NCBI GenBank assembly: GCA_002269645.1
Contig: NIVC01000302.1
Coordinates: 378,303-442,302 of the forward strand
Source: Macrostomum lignano
Taxonomy: Eukaryota
Direction of reading: 5' to 3'
DNA: 64,000 nucleotides
Positions 41,900 through 54,049 of this stretch are shown one piece after another; position 1 is the stretch's first letter; the number at the start of each line of letters is the position of its first letter. The notes beneath the pieces were generated by a model. It searched no databases, was not told the origin of the DNA, and worked only from the letters and a program-made list of their open reading frames with translations. The position numbers and the translations under genes were made by a program.

Positions 41900-44460
41900 C
41901 TGCAGAGTTTTGAAAGATTTTAGTGAGTGCCAGTTGTCTGAGTGATTTTCAAATTCATAAACATCAGCATAGCCATACTTATATTTACAAAAACATGTTT
42001 ACAAAAAACTTCATGCATAACACCATACACTTAATAAATAACATAAATAACACATACAAGCACAAGTGTCTGTGTAAAACAAACAAAAACCAAAAATGTG
42101 AAACAAATAACATCAATAGATTTTATCTTTACAACTATACTAAATTCTTGTTATTGTTTTTTGTTTCCTATTTTTAACGCTTTTCAGTGTTTAGCAAATA
42201 AAAAAATAATAAGATTATATAGAAAAGTACAAAAAAACTCACAACTCAACAAACATTAATAAATTATTTTGATTACATTGTTAATGTCTGTTTAGACCAC
42301 ATTTAGCACATACTGAGATTTAATTTTTTCAGTTTTAATCAATTTCATTGAATAATTTTTGATTTATAAAGAAGAATGAGTTCTTTAATAATAAAGAACA
42401 TTGAAGACCATGAACTTGACAAAGACAGTGACAATGATTCAAGTCAATTGAGTGGGAGTGATTCAGACTGTCACTCCAGTCACTCCAGTGTAGGCAGGCA
42501 GACACAGTGCTACTGCTACTGCGAGTGATAGCGCTAGTGCTATTGGTACTTTTGCTCCTAAGCCCATACATCTTTGACTAGATATTTGCAACTAATAGAT
42601 TAAAACTACGAGTGTAGGCCTTCCCAAAGAACCCATTTCTGATTTGCCAACTTTGTCTTCCAGGAATTCAAAGTCTAAATCCTATTAATACCCATATCTC
42701 TTCATTGCAAAATTTAAGTAAGCATATTAAGTCAAATATCCAAGTAGTTTCTCAAAGGTAAGCAAGCATTTCTGTTACTTACTTATTATGTAACATAATA
42801 CATTTTCATACATTTATAATTTATATTTATTAAATTATTAATTAAAAGCTAAGATGTGAGAAAATAAAAGGAATTAATTTTAAAGAAGGCTTAGGTGAAA
42901 AATATTAATATTTAATAAACAAGAAGCATTATAACATTATATTAATACTAATTTACTCTATACTTATAGAATCTATATAAGCATCTGTAATAAATGGAAT
43001 CTATATTATATAGATCATATAGAAACACTAAAGGGCTAAAGGCTATATTATTTAATTAGTACATTAAAGTTTTCATTTTTAGGAATATAATTTTAACATA
43101 AAATTTCATACAAGAAATCTAAACATATACCAATGCAATCCAATGCCATAATCTAGTGAAAATAATGATAATTGATTTAAATGTACCAACAAATAAGGTC
43201 ATTATTTAGTTTATTTTAAATTGTTTTCATATAACCTACAATTTGATGGATATTAAACAAAATCTCAAAAACTTACTTAGTATCTTAACATAAGTGAGTA
43301 AAGTGACTAAAATTGAAACATGATTGCAATTTCTTTTGATAATATAAATATACTTACTAATACCAATGCTAATTTTCAGTTTGAATTTCAAAGCAAGGCC
43401 AAGCCTAAACATAATAATGATAGTTCCAAATCAACCAACTGCAATACTAATCTGCTATCCAAGACCAAGACTGATTCTAAAACTGGTATAGCAGCTTCAG
43501 CTTTAGCTAGTGCTAGTGTTGAATTGCCCTTGCCTACAGCTATAGCCATGACCACTATATCAACCTCAACTATTGTTATTCAATCTATTCAGCTATTGTT
43601 CCTACAACTCCTGCAGGATCTATTTAAACTTTGAGGCCTGGATAGTCTCTTAGTCAACCTAGTGGTCCCAGTTATACTCTTACTCAGGCTGAGGCTACTC
43701 CTAGATGTTTATCTGTGCATGTATTATCTAGCCCCTTATGGAAGCACCAGCACCAATCAATTCTACCACAAACAGTGGCCACTATAGTGCAATGTTCTGG
43801 CATACTGTGTTCTGGAAGAGGTGGTAAAGCAAATTATAAATGTTGTGGTTAAAAACATACTATAATTCCAGGTAATTGAATCTACATCTATTTGTCCACC
43901 TTTTCAAGACACTAAACTCAAATAAAGTGGTGCCATCCTGCTAGACATTAGGCCAAAGAATTTTGAAATATTATCAAGGTGGAATGCAGCCTCAGCATCT
44001 ACCTACAACTAGCAATGCTTGATGTTCACATATAAGCACCATTTTTAATTGCTATTAACAATTGACATTAGCCAGTTGCATATGTACCAATAGGAGAGGA
44101 GAAGTGACCACCTCTGCTTTGTATTTGTGGTCTTAATTTGACAATTCATGAGGTACCAATTGAGTAAACTTGTGTACCTTGGCTAGTTGATGCAAGTGAG
44201 GGCAATCATTTGATAGTCTACCCAAAGGACTTGCACTAACTTGCATGTGGTTTGTTAGGGGTCAGCCTCAATTAGTATATGCAAGTGGTCATTATCCACC
44301 TTAGAAGGATATCCTGTGTGGTAGCATGGGTCTGCTCAGTTGCTCCACTCAGTGTAATGTACAATGCAGGTGTATACCTGCACGCGCATGTGTGATTGGC
44401 TTACACTTTGTCAGACAACCTTTATTGTTGGCCAGCTATATTAAATACTAGCTCTCTGCC

Positions 44461-44590
44461 TTTGGGGGGGGGGTCTTACCCCCGAAGTGGAGTTTTCACA
44501 GTGGCGACAAGGATAGGATTCAAACCCACGCGGGGAAACCCCAATGGATTAGTATTTGGGGGGTCTTACCCCCGAAGTGGAGTTTTCACA
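44461..44590 (+). mobile_element. LTR-end-like direct repeats (44461-44500, 44555-44590) around an extended primer-binding site complementary to tRNA-Ser(GCU) (44502-44554)
   Basis: ...ttttcaca g tggcgacaaggataggattc...; the reverse complement reads anticodon loop, Ser variable arm ggggtttcccc, T arm, acceptor ccttgtc-g-CCA. Confidence 0.75.
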
Positions 44591-45409
44591 TCCTGACTAG
44601 GGCAAATATTCAAGGCTGAAATCTCCTTAGTGAAACTAAGCAAACCAATCTTGTTCAGTGCATTTAGACACAGTACTAGCACCAAATGCACTGGTAATGT
44701 GGTAGCTTGATTTAGCTGCTTTGAGTCCAGTTTGAAGTTGTTGATTAATAGCCATGAATATTGGGTTAAGAGAAATCCATATAGTTAATCTGGCTTTGAT
44801 AGCAATAATCATGAAAAGTAGATCACACATACCCACTTTCAATATATACCCACATAGTAAGCTTTTAGAATGTTCTAGAATTGAATTTTCTAAAAACTAC
44901 AAAACATTCTTGACAACTAAATAATACCTTGCTTGGCATAGGGTTTCCTAGACTATAAATATAGACTTTCCTCAGCTTTCCTTTTATCAGAGTCTTAAAT
45001 TAGCATTTCCTTTATTTTTCAAGTTTATAATTGTCTATTATTTATATTTTTTATCTCAAACCTAGACCAGAACTAGAGTCTAAAGGTTGTAGTTGTAGCC
45101 TAGGGAGTTGTAGCCTAATGTATATTGTTAGACTTAAGAATTGAAAATTAGGGGTTTAATTCTTGATCTTTTCAGAACAATTTGTGTCCTTGAGCAAGAC
45201 ACTTAACTTTGGATTAATTTAGTTTACCTAGTTATAAAATTGGTATTAGCATTAGCTGGGGTAATTGAGGATATATGTAGCAATCCCTTAATCTTTTGAC
45301 TAAATAGCCATATGCAGCATTCAGATGTATTGTACAATAGCTATAGCTAAGCTATCAGTTGTACATTTATAAATATAATCAATTTTTATTATTTATTATT
45401 ACTAGATCT

Positions 45410-46440
45410 CTACTAGCAATCTACACCCCCGTTGGGGAGCCAAAGAAATGCAATACACATTATTTTAATAAGCTATATGTATCCTTGAAATCTTATCTTA
45501 AAAAATCTCTTGTCAAACCTTGTAGGCCTTGACATGTCAGTAATTCCCCCCAGAAGCTTTAACATATCAACTTCCCCCTTGACATCTCAGCAATGCCCCC
45601 AATAAGCCTTGGAAATTAAAAAATCTGTCAACCTTCTAACCCTAACCCTAGCCTAAGCCTAAGCCTAAGCCTAACCCTAACCCTAAAGCATTGACATTTC
45701 AGTAATTCTCTCTAAGAGTCATTATAGCACTGCTACAGCATTATAGTGATTCCCTGCAAGCCTTAATATCGTAGGGATTCCCAAATGAATCTCTTAACTT
45801 TGACATGAAGCTTCTTTTATTTTTTACATTACACTTTTTTTATCAGCGATCCCTCCCCTAAGGAGGCATCAAATAATGTAATAAAAAGTTTTCAATAAAC
45901 TACATGTAGCTTCTGACTTTAGCTTTGAAATCTCAATTATACCCTTGTAAGCCTTGACATCTCAGCTATTCCCCCTGTAAGCCTTGACATGTCAGCGATG
46001 GCCTCCATAAACCTTGAAATCTGAAAAATCCCCCGTTAACCTTGAAACCCGATAAAATATAACCCTCAACCCACACCTGAACTAAACCTAACTTTAACCC
46101 AACCTAAAGCCTTGAATCTCAGCAATTCTTCTCCCCTAAGCCTTGACATTTTAGTGATTCCTTCTTTAAGAATCATAGCACTATAATGATTCCCTCCAAG
46201 CTTTGACATTGTAGCAATTCCCAAATGAATCTTTTAACTTCGATATGACTTTTCTTTTATGTATACATAGTGCTACTTTTATTTTTTACATGACTCTTCT
46301 TCTATCAGCGACCCCCCCCCATGGCGAGCCAACAAAGAATGTAATAAAAAAATTGAGTAAAGTAAATGAACTTTGAAGTAGCTTCTGACTTTTGCTTTGA
46401 CATCTCAGAAACGCCCCTATAATCTCAGTTATTCTCTGTG
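45410..46440. repeat. Two diverged ~450-bp direct copies containing ccttgacat subrepeats and a telomere-like (TAACCC/TAAGCC)n tract at 45636-45686
   Basis: Blocks ~45520-45900 and ~45950-46400 align; a possible Helitron-like a|CTAG plus hairpin end lies near 45412. Confidence 0.65.
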
Positions 46441-46489
46441 AGCCTTGACTTCTCAGTTTTTCTCCCTAGCACAGCACTATAGCTTCATT

Positions 46490-47270
46490 TAATTTTTACA
46501 TGACACCTTTCATGTCTGACATGACGCTTCTTTTATTCTAACATGATGCTTCTTAATTTTTTAAATGATACTTTCATTAGTTTTTAAATGAGACTTCTAT
46601 GGTTTTTATATGACGCTTCTATGATTTTTTACATGACACTTCTATGATTTTTACATGACGCTTCTATGATTGTTTCATGATGCTTCTATGATTGTTTACA
46701 TGATGCTTCTATGATTTTTAAATGACGCTTCTATGATTGTTTCATGACGCTTATATGATTGTTTACATGACGCTTCTATGATTGTTTACATGACGCTTCT
46801 ATGATTGTTTACATGACGCTTCTATGATTTTTACATGACATTTCTATGATTGTTTCATGACGCTTCTATGATTGTTTACATGACGCTTCTATGATTGTTT
46901 ACATGACGCTTCTATGATTTTTACATGACACTTCTATGATTGTTTACATGACGCTTCTAGGATTGTTTACATGAGGCTTTTATGATTTTTACATGACGCT
47001 TCTATGATTGTTTCATGACGCTTCTATGATTGTTTACATGACGCTACTATGATTTTTACATGACGCTACTACGATTTTTACATGACGATTTTATGATTTT
47101 TTACATGACGCTTCTATGATTTTTACATGACGCTTCTATGATTTTTTACATGATACTTCTATGATTTTTTACATGACACTTCTATGATTGTTTCATGACG
47201 CTTCTATGATTGTTTACATGACGCTTCTATGATTGTTTCATGACGCTTCTATGATTTTTTACATGACGCC
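46490..47270. repeat. 23-bp minisatellite (acatgacgcttctatgattgttt)n
   Basis: Direct tandem array. Confidence 0.96.
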
Positions 47271-47317
47271 TTTAGTCCTTTATTATTTTTTTAATAAAAG
47301 CTTTTAATAAAAAAATT

Positions 47318-47381
47318 TCACTACTAAGATTCGAACCCAGGTCGCTGCATTAGCAGTCCAGTCTGTTCACATCTAGGCTAG
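47318..47381 (-). other. tRNA-like fragment (SINE/TE-derived), not a functional tRNA
   Basis: Minus strand has ggactgctaatgc (anticodon-arm-like) and ggttcgaatc (B box) but no acceptor stem. Confidence 0.5.
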
Positions 47382-47836
47382 ATCTTATCAAATTTATAAA
47401 TGAAATTGTAACACTCATATAATTCAACACTCACTCACGAAGCAGTTATGACATAATCAATTTCCCAGGCAAGTCAGCATCAGTCTCAATTAAAGTTGAG
47501 AATATGGTTATGCAATCTAAATCAAGTCTGGTGCTACACTTCCACACTGCATTTTCAATACTGTGACGCAATTCAAGTTGGAGTTACAATGCAGTTATGA
47601 TGCAATCTATTTCAGAATCAGAATCAACCAGTCAATTTTTTCTCTAGCATTCTTACAATGCATTTCAAGTTGAAAAGTTTGCTTGACCTTTGCAAAAAGC
47701 ATGTTTTTCGAATATTTAATGCCTTTAGCATCAAGCAATTTCTTAGCCACGATGCATGTACCGTCACGGGAAAATTTCTGATCAAACAGTGCAAGTCTCA
47801 TGAAAATTGGTTAAGCCATTTTTTCTCTAATCGATT

Positions 47837-47869
<33 letters not shown>

Positions 47870-48316
47870 ATTTTCATTTTTAGTCTATAGGAGGAAAGAC
47901 CTAAGTCTTAACTAAGGCTAATATTGCCATCCTAACCATATGCTAAGTATAATAAGATCTATTGATTAGTCATTTAAAATTGTAAGTCTATGTGGTGTGG
48001 AGTAGGCCAAGGACTTCTAGATAATAGGAACTGGATAGGAAGGCTATTAAAAAAGGTAGCTGGCTGTACTAGAGGTTGCCTAAGAAACAAACACATTTTC
48101 CTCTCATTTTGTCCTCGGACCCTCCTATGCCCTCCTATTGCCTTCCTATTGAGAAATGTTTTTCAATCCTACCAAGGCTAATGAGCTAAAGACCAAGGCC
48201 CCAAAAAGAACCCCTCCCCCCAATATATAGAACCCCCCCTCAAAGATGGCTGCTAGATGTTATCGTGCAGGGATTCACAGAGAGCTGAGGGAGAAGAGAG
48301 CTTATTGCATCTCAAT

Positions 48317-49100
48317 ATGGTCTATACGTGCTTAGCTTTTGGCTGCAGAAGTGGGTACATGACAGAACCTCAACTAGAACTTTTCATAAGTTTCCAAGAG
48401 ATGAAAAGCTCAAGGCCAAGTGTGTTTGGGCCAACCCAAGACAGGGATTTATGCCAACAAAGCACACCTGAATATGCTCTCTGCACTTTGCTTTAGCTAA
48501 TATTATTAAGGAGCAACGTGACACCAATGCAAGGAGGATGAAAAAGCATTTGTCTAGCCAGCTTGTCCACAGGTATCTAAAGCAGGGTGCTATATCTTCT
48601 ATCTTTCCCAATGCACTAGTCTATCTATCATCAAATGCAACAATGTCTTGGCAAATTGCCATAAGAGCTATAGCCTCTGGTTGATTGAAGAAGGAAGCTG
48701 AGCGACTAGAAGCTCAAGCTGAGGTCTTTGAGGCTAAAGATCAGATTGGCTTTTTACCTCTGGAAGAAGTGAAAGACCAGCTTTCTACAGAAAGAACCCT
48801 TCTAGAAGGATTCCAATTATCAATGAGTGCTGAATCTGCTGATACGTTTTTGATCTACTTGCTTAGCATAATCAATGGTGTGTTCCAAGTGACTGCATCA
48901 GTAATTATCAACCCAGATTTCTCTATGGAGGTGAATTGCAATGGAGAAATTGTGCCCAGCACGCAATTCCAAGATATTGTACCAGGTCAGCTTACTTACA
49001 TGTTGCAGCTCTTTAATCTCATGGCTAAACTGAAATCATGGCGCAGCAATCAGACTTCAGGATCTGGCAACCAATCCTTGGAGGCAGCCATTAGAAATAT
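48317..49100 (+). pseudogene. THAP-domain (P-element-like) transposase N-terminal relic
   Basis: MVYTCLAFGCRSG..TFHKFPRDEKLK..R..P..ICSLHF (C2CH THAP, frameshifted, 48317-48489), followed by the ORF at 48685 (..VIINPDFSMEV..LFNLMAKLKSW). Confidence 0.75.
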
Positions 49101-49104
49101 GAAG

Positions 49105-49425
49105 TATTTGGATTTGCTTATCAATCCTCTCATTCCGTCTGAGTTCACTTTGAAGTCTAACTGTAACTTCCTTAATGACCTTCAACACTTGTGTCTTCTT
49201 ACTAAGAGATCTGACACTCTGTAGTTTTGATGTTGTCTCTCTTTTCACTAATATCCCTCTTGGGCTGGCTATTGACCTTGCCACTGAGCTTGTGTACAAA
49301 GGGAATCCCCCTACCATGCCCAAGGCCTCTTTTAAGAAACTCCTTGTCTTTGCCACCTCTGGCATTTTCATGTTTGACAATAAGTACTACCATCAGATTG
49401 AAGGCTGTGCCATGGGAAGCCCCTT
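49105..49425 (+). pseudogene. Penelope-like element reverse transcriptase fragment
   Basis: LINPLIPSEFTLKS..FLNDL, LCSFDVVSLFTNIP and FMFDNKYYHQIEGCAMGSP are PLE RT motifs A and B. Confidence 0.85.
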
Positions 49426-49654
49426 CCTCCAACATCAATACTCAACTTTAACATAGTGGCGCGGGCCATGTGTTTTGAGGGAGGGGACACTGGTTTTTCA
49501 TTCTGTTTTTTTATCTACATTGCTAACAATCCATCCCTAGACTTTGTCTCTTGACTTATAGACCAACAAACATGTACTTCAAATACTGATTACATTTACA
49601 CCTTAAAATTTTATATTTATTTATTTCCAATCTTACTCATTTCTTTTGCTCAAA

Positions 49655-49700
49655 ATAAACCTGAAGATGCACAGTATGGTGCAAAACATGTCATTAAATT
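49655..49700 (+). ncRNA. Degenerate minimal hammerhead-ribozyme-like motif (PLE pLTR type)
   Basis: CTGAAGA-t-GCAC-agtatg-GTGC-(A for G)AAAC-ATGTC; palindromic ACATGT; stem I poorly paired. Confidence 0.45.
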
Positions 49701-49980
49701 AATGTTGATTTTTGATTTTCTATTCATCCTACTTGCCAAGCAAGCAATTTTACCTTAACTCATCAACTGTCTAGGTGACTATATCATTCAGCACATTTTG
49801 AAAGAAGTCAGAGTCACTAGGTTCTTTTTGTAAGCAAGCACAGCAGCTGAAACTACATACATAACATAAATTGCATAATTACAAATTTTACATGCCACAT
49901 TGCGCCTCCTGCCTTCCTTGAGCAAATTCAATCTTAATTGTTTAAGACTTTAACTATGCGTTATACACTCATAATTACTA

Positions 49981-52020
49981 TTCCACGAATAATCATTTCA
50001 AGATAATTGCTAATGAGACACTTGATGTTGCCAACATGGAGCAACTCAGCTTCAGCATTCGGTTCTATAGTGCCACTGAGCAGATCATCAAAGAGTCTTT
50101 TGTTAGATTTGAGCATGCACCAGATTTGAGTGGCTGTGCTATTACAGAGCAGTTAATCAATTTCATCAAATTCTTAGGCCTTGATCTGTCGAACCTTGTT
50201 GGCCAGAGCTACAATGGAGCCTCTGTAGCAAATTCAATGGTATTCAGCAGGCTGTGCATGAAGTGGCTCTACATGTGGCATATATTCATTGTGCATGCCT
50301 TTGCCTGAACCTTGCACTAGCCAAATGCAGTCCCTGTTGGGAAATCAAATCAATTATTATAGCAATTCATGAAATAGCTAAGTTCTTCAACAACTCTGCC
50401 AAACAGCAAGCTGTCCTCCTAAAGCATATCAAGGTACTGTGCCCTGAGGCAACCCATCTCAAGCTGCAGAAGTACTATGAGACTAGGTGGGTGGAGCACC
50501 ACAATGTCCTCGCCATTTTCTCAGAACTCTTTCAACCTATCTGTGCAGCATTGGAAGAAATGGTTGGCACGCTGATGCAAATGGGTACAAGGCCAATTGT
50601 CATCTCATTGCAGTGCAGAAGTCCTCTTTCTTTGTCCCATTCATCGTATTGCGGCAAGTGCTGGCCTTGACATCTGCTGCCAAAGCTCTATAAGAGGCTA
50701 GCATTGATCTTCTCGTCTGTCTCGATATAGTCAGAGATATTATTCATTAGCTGAAGGATAGGTAAAATGACACTGCCATTTATCAAGTGTGGTTTGAGGA
50801 AGCTGAGGTGCTATACAGTGAGCCAATCAGCAAGCCTCGAGCCTGCCATCAGCAAATTAGTTGCACTAATATTCAGGCTGAGTTGGCAACTGAGTACTAT
50901 TGCCTCAGTGTTTATAATAGCTACCTTGATGCCATCATTTCACACCTATTGGCTTGATTCACCTCTTATGAGTCCCTATAGGAAAAAGTTGTAAAACCGC
51001 GGACAGTGTCCAGTGCACTTTTGAAAAAATTTTCTAAAGTGCAGCGCGCGCAGAGGCGCATCGCCTGCGCGCGCTGCCTTTTCTTACTGGTTGCTGCTCT
51101 AGCAAATACATATACATGGAAATGGGTATAATACCTCTGTTGAAGGGGCTTATACACTTGTAATTTATTAAGCTTAGAGATGTTCCAAAAATTCAATTTC
51201 AATTTTCCAAAATTTGAAATTTTTTAGAGCGAATTTCAATTTCGAAAAAAATTTAGAAGTGAAAATTTTGGTAGTGTCTAAAAAGCCGCTAAAAATAAAC
51301 TACTTTCTACTACATATACATGTATTACTTTTTGCTTAAGCAGTAAATTGAAAGTAGAAAAGTGAGTGTTGATCATACTAAACTGGTTTTTCTGAATTAT
51401 GATTTCAGGAAATTTTGATTTTGATTTTGGAAAGTTAGCAAATTTTAATTTTGACGAAACTGCAGATCTTTTGGAACATCTCTAATAATCCTAAAGCGCG
51501 GTAAAATAGTTTGACTCTTTTCTAAAGCGCGCGTCCGCGGGTTTTTAACATTTATTCCAATAGGGTTACGAGTCACAAGCTCCAAGGCTAGCTGCAATTG
51601 TTTCCAAGTATGTAGTCAGTTCAGATTTTGAGATTCTTCACCCTGCTGTAGAAGCATATTCTGCTCATCTTGATGACCTTGTCACCATTGAAGCTAAGTA
51701 CACTCTATGGGCTTAGAAGTGGCATCACACAAAGGAAAAAGATGCCAAGTTGCCTAGAACACCACTAGAGATGCTAAAGTAATAGTTGAAGACAGCCATT
51801 TCTCAAATATCAGGACTTTGCTACAAATATTTGCTGCAATCCCAGTCATCACAGCCATAGCTGAGTAATCATTCAGTCACCTACACTTGCTGAAGACATA
51901 TTTGCATAGCACCATGGCTGAGGAGCAACTCAGCAACCTTGCTCTTTCTATTTCATCACTCTATTGATGTACCAGCCAATGAGGTCATTGACCACTTCAG
52001 TGCCAAGAATTGCCAATTGC
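49981..52020 (+). pseudogene. Degraded hAT (PRKRIR/ZMYM1-like) transposase interrupted by nested MITEs
   Basis: IIANETLDVANMEQLSFSIRFY, LVGQSYNGAS, YIHCACLCLNL, ETRWVEHH and LKTYLHSTMAEEQLSNLAL; both catalytic Asp residues read Asn. Confidence 0.85.
50974..51564. mobile_element. MITE with 8-bp TSD, carrying a nested hAT-type MITE (51175-51484)
   Basis: TIR ccctat.ggaa...aaaa(c)ccgcggac; TSD ttatgagt / ttacgagt; inner TIR tagagatgttccaaaa / ttttggaacatctcta. Confidence 0.8.
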
Positions 52021-54049
52021 AATTTTGATCACATTGCTCCCACCTCACTGTACTAACAACTTTTTTAATTTCTTTGTGTTGTGTTGAACTAGTTGGTAAG
52101 CTTAGTAATCTGCACCCCCATACAAAATTTCCTGGATCTATACTTGCAAACATCAGCCTGACAGATATAGAAAGCACTGCCGCAGCTCCTATTGAGGGGA
52201 ATCAAACTGCTACTCAGTCCAAGCTTAATTTGACTGCCGATGCCATTGTATTTGCACTGAAGCTTGATCATGAGCCATTATTTAATGAAAAAAATCATCT
52301 TTTTCCTAAGTGGTTATGCTGCTTGATCAACTATTTCATCTACAAGGTGCAAATCTTACTCTGAAATTCTCACTGACTGAAAATTTTCCATCAGTGACTA
52401 ACGATTCCAGCTTATGTTCATCTATGTTCTAGGACAGCATTGACAAGGGTGGCCTAGTGAAGCCATTGGACTTTTTTTTGCAATCATCTTGCCAGCATTC
52501 CCTGTTCAACAAGATCATTGATTGCTGCACTTTCAATAAGGAGCATATACACCTGGTGCTTGGCATTAAGCATGTGCACATCCGGCCACGATCTGCAAAG
52601 CCATATCATTTGTCAGCTTTTCAACTGCTTTGCAAAGAACTTTATCAAGGAGATGACCAACACAGTGCAGTTGACTTCTGGGCCATAGAAATGCAAAATT
52701 TCTAAGCTGTCAGGTTCAACAATGAGATGCATCTGCACTTCAGATTAAGTAAGAAAAAAATTATAGGTATATTTATCCTCTAGTTATCTATGGCTTGTCA
52801 ATTTAATTTTTATATTATATTCTAGTTTTTTAGTACCATATTTGTACCAAAAGGAGCCTAGAATTTAATCTCTAACATCAGATAAAATTATACAAATGAA
52901 TGCTAAAGAAACAATTTCATTTATGCTGCATGCTTACAATTGTAGTTCTTTTCAAAACAGCGCACCTTGCAGTTTTATGAAAAATATATATAATAAATAA
53001 CTTTGGCTTTTACTCTTTAGTAATAAATAAATTTCTCTGTTCATTAATTTGTCTATTTATTCAATGAAATTCACCTCAAAGGGTTAATTTTATTCATATT
53101 TTGTAGTAAAACTAGCCTTAAACTCCACAAATAGTAGGCCACCTCTGGTACACTATAAACAGTCTTATTGTCCAGTTCCTATTATCTAGAAGTCCTTGAG
53201 TAGGCCTACACTAAATTTTCATATTTTTAATATTATCTTATTATTAAATTTATTCATTTTCTAAATAACTTTCTAGGCCTATTTAGCTTGATTAGGAACT
53301 GTAATATTTTAAATATAACATTGTTGTTTGACTGGTCTTTCACTCCTATGGTTCTATGTCTATTTCAAGTTTCAATGTGAAAGCCAAATAACTGAGGTGG
53401 CAGATTTGACTGACTTTTCCTGATGACACAAATCAAAAGAGTGTTATCTTTTAACACTCAATGGTTATTTACAGACCATTGTATTTGATGGTCATACTCT
53501 CAAGATGTTATCTTGCAAAATATAATGCCTGCAAATGGTATTCTAAATGAGAAGCTCTTTCAATTCAAGCTAAAATGGGTTTTGGTTGTTTAGGTAAACT
53601 AAAGGTTAAGTCTATTGTGGAATATAGGTTGTTTGTTAGCTTGGTTTCAATAGGTTACTTTATCCATTTTGGTATTTAGGTTGATGCCCTAACTGTTTTA
53701 ATCAAATGTAATAAAGGCAAGAGCAAGACAGGTAGGGGAAAAGAGAGGCAAAAGAGAAGAGGCAAGCTTCTTGCTTGATTGACAGGTCTTTATAATACTT
53801 TTCAGTCCTAATTGCATCGGATAGTACATAACTACTTTTCATTGGTTGAGGTTGAGGTTTTATCCTTAGCTTTTGCTAGTTGGAGCACATTTATTAGTTG
53901 GAAATATATTCAAACTGGATTTAAGCTTTCAGGGCCAAAATGTATCACTTCAGAACAAGCTATTTTAATTAGTACAAATACATGTTTTATTAAGTGTTTA
54001 AAAACTATTGAACTAGATATTTAATAATAAACATTATAATATAAATATA

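Noticed and set aside
44502-44554. tRNA-Ser gene
   Set aside because: Only the 3' half is present, it includes CCA and has T-arm mismatches; treated as a reverse-transcribed copy.
45636-45686. True telomere or chromosome fusion site
   Set aside because: Only ~50 bp, mixed hexamers, inside a duplicated repeat unit.
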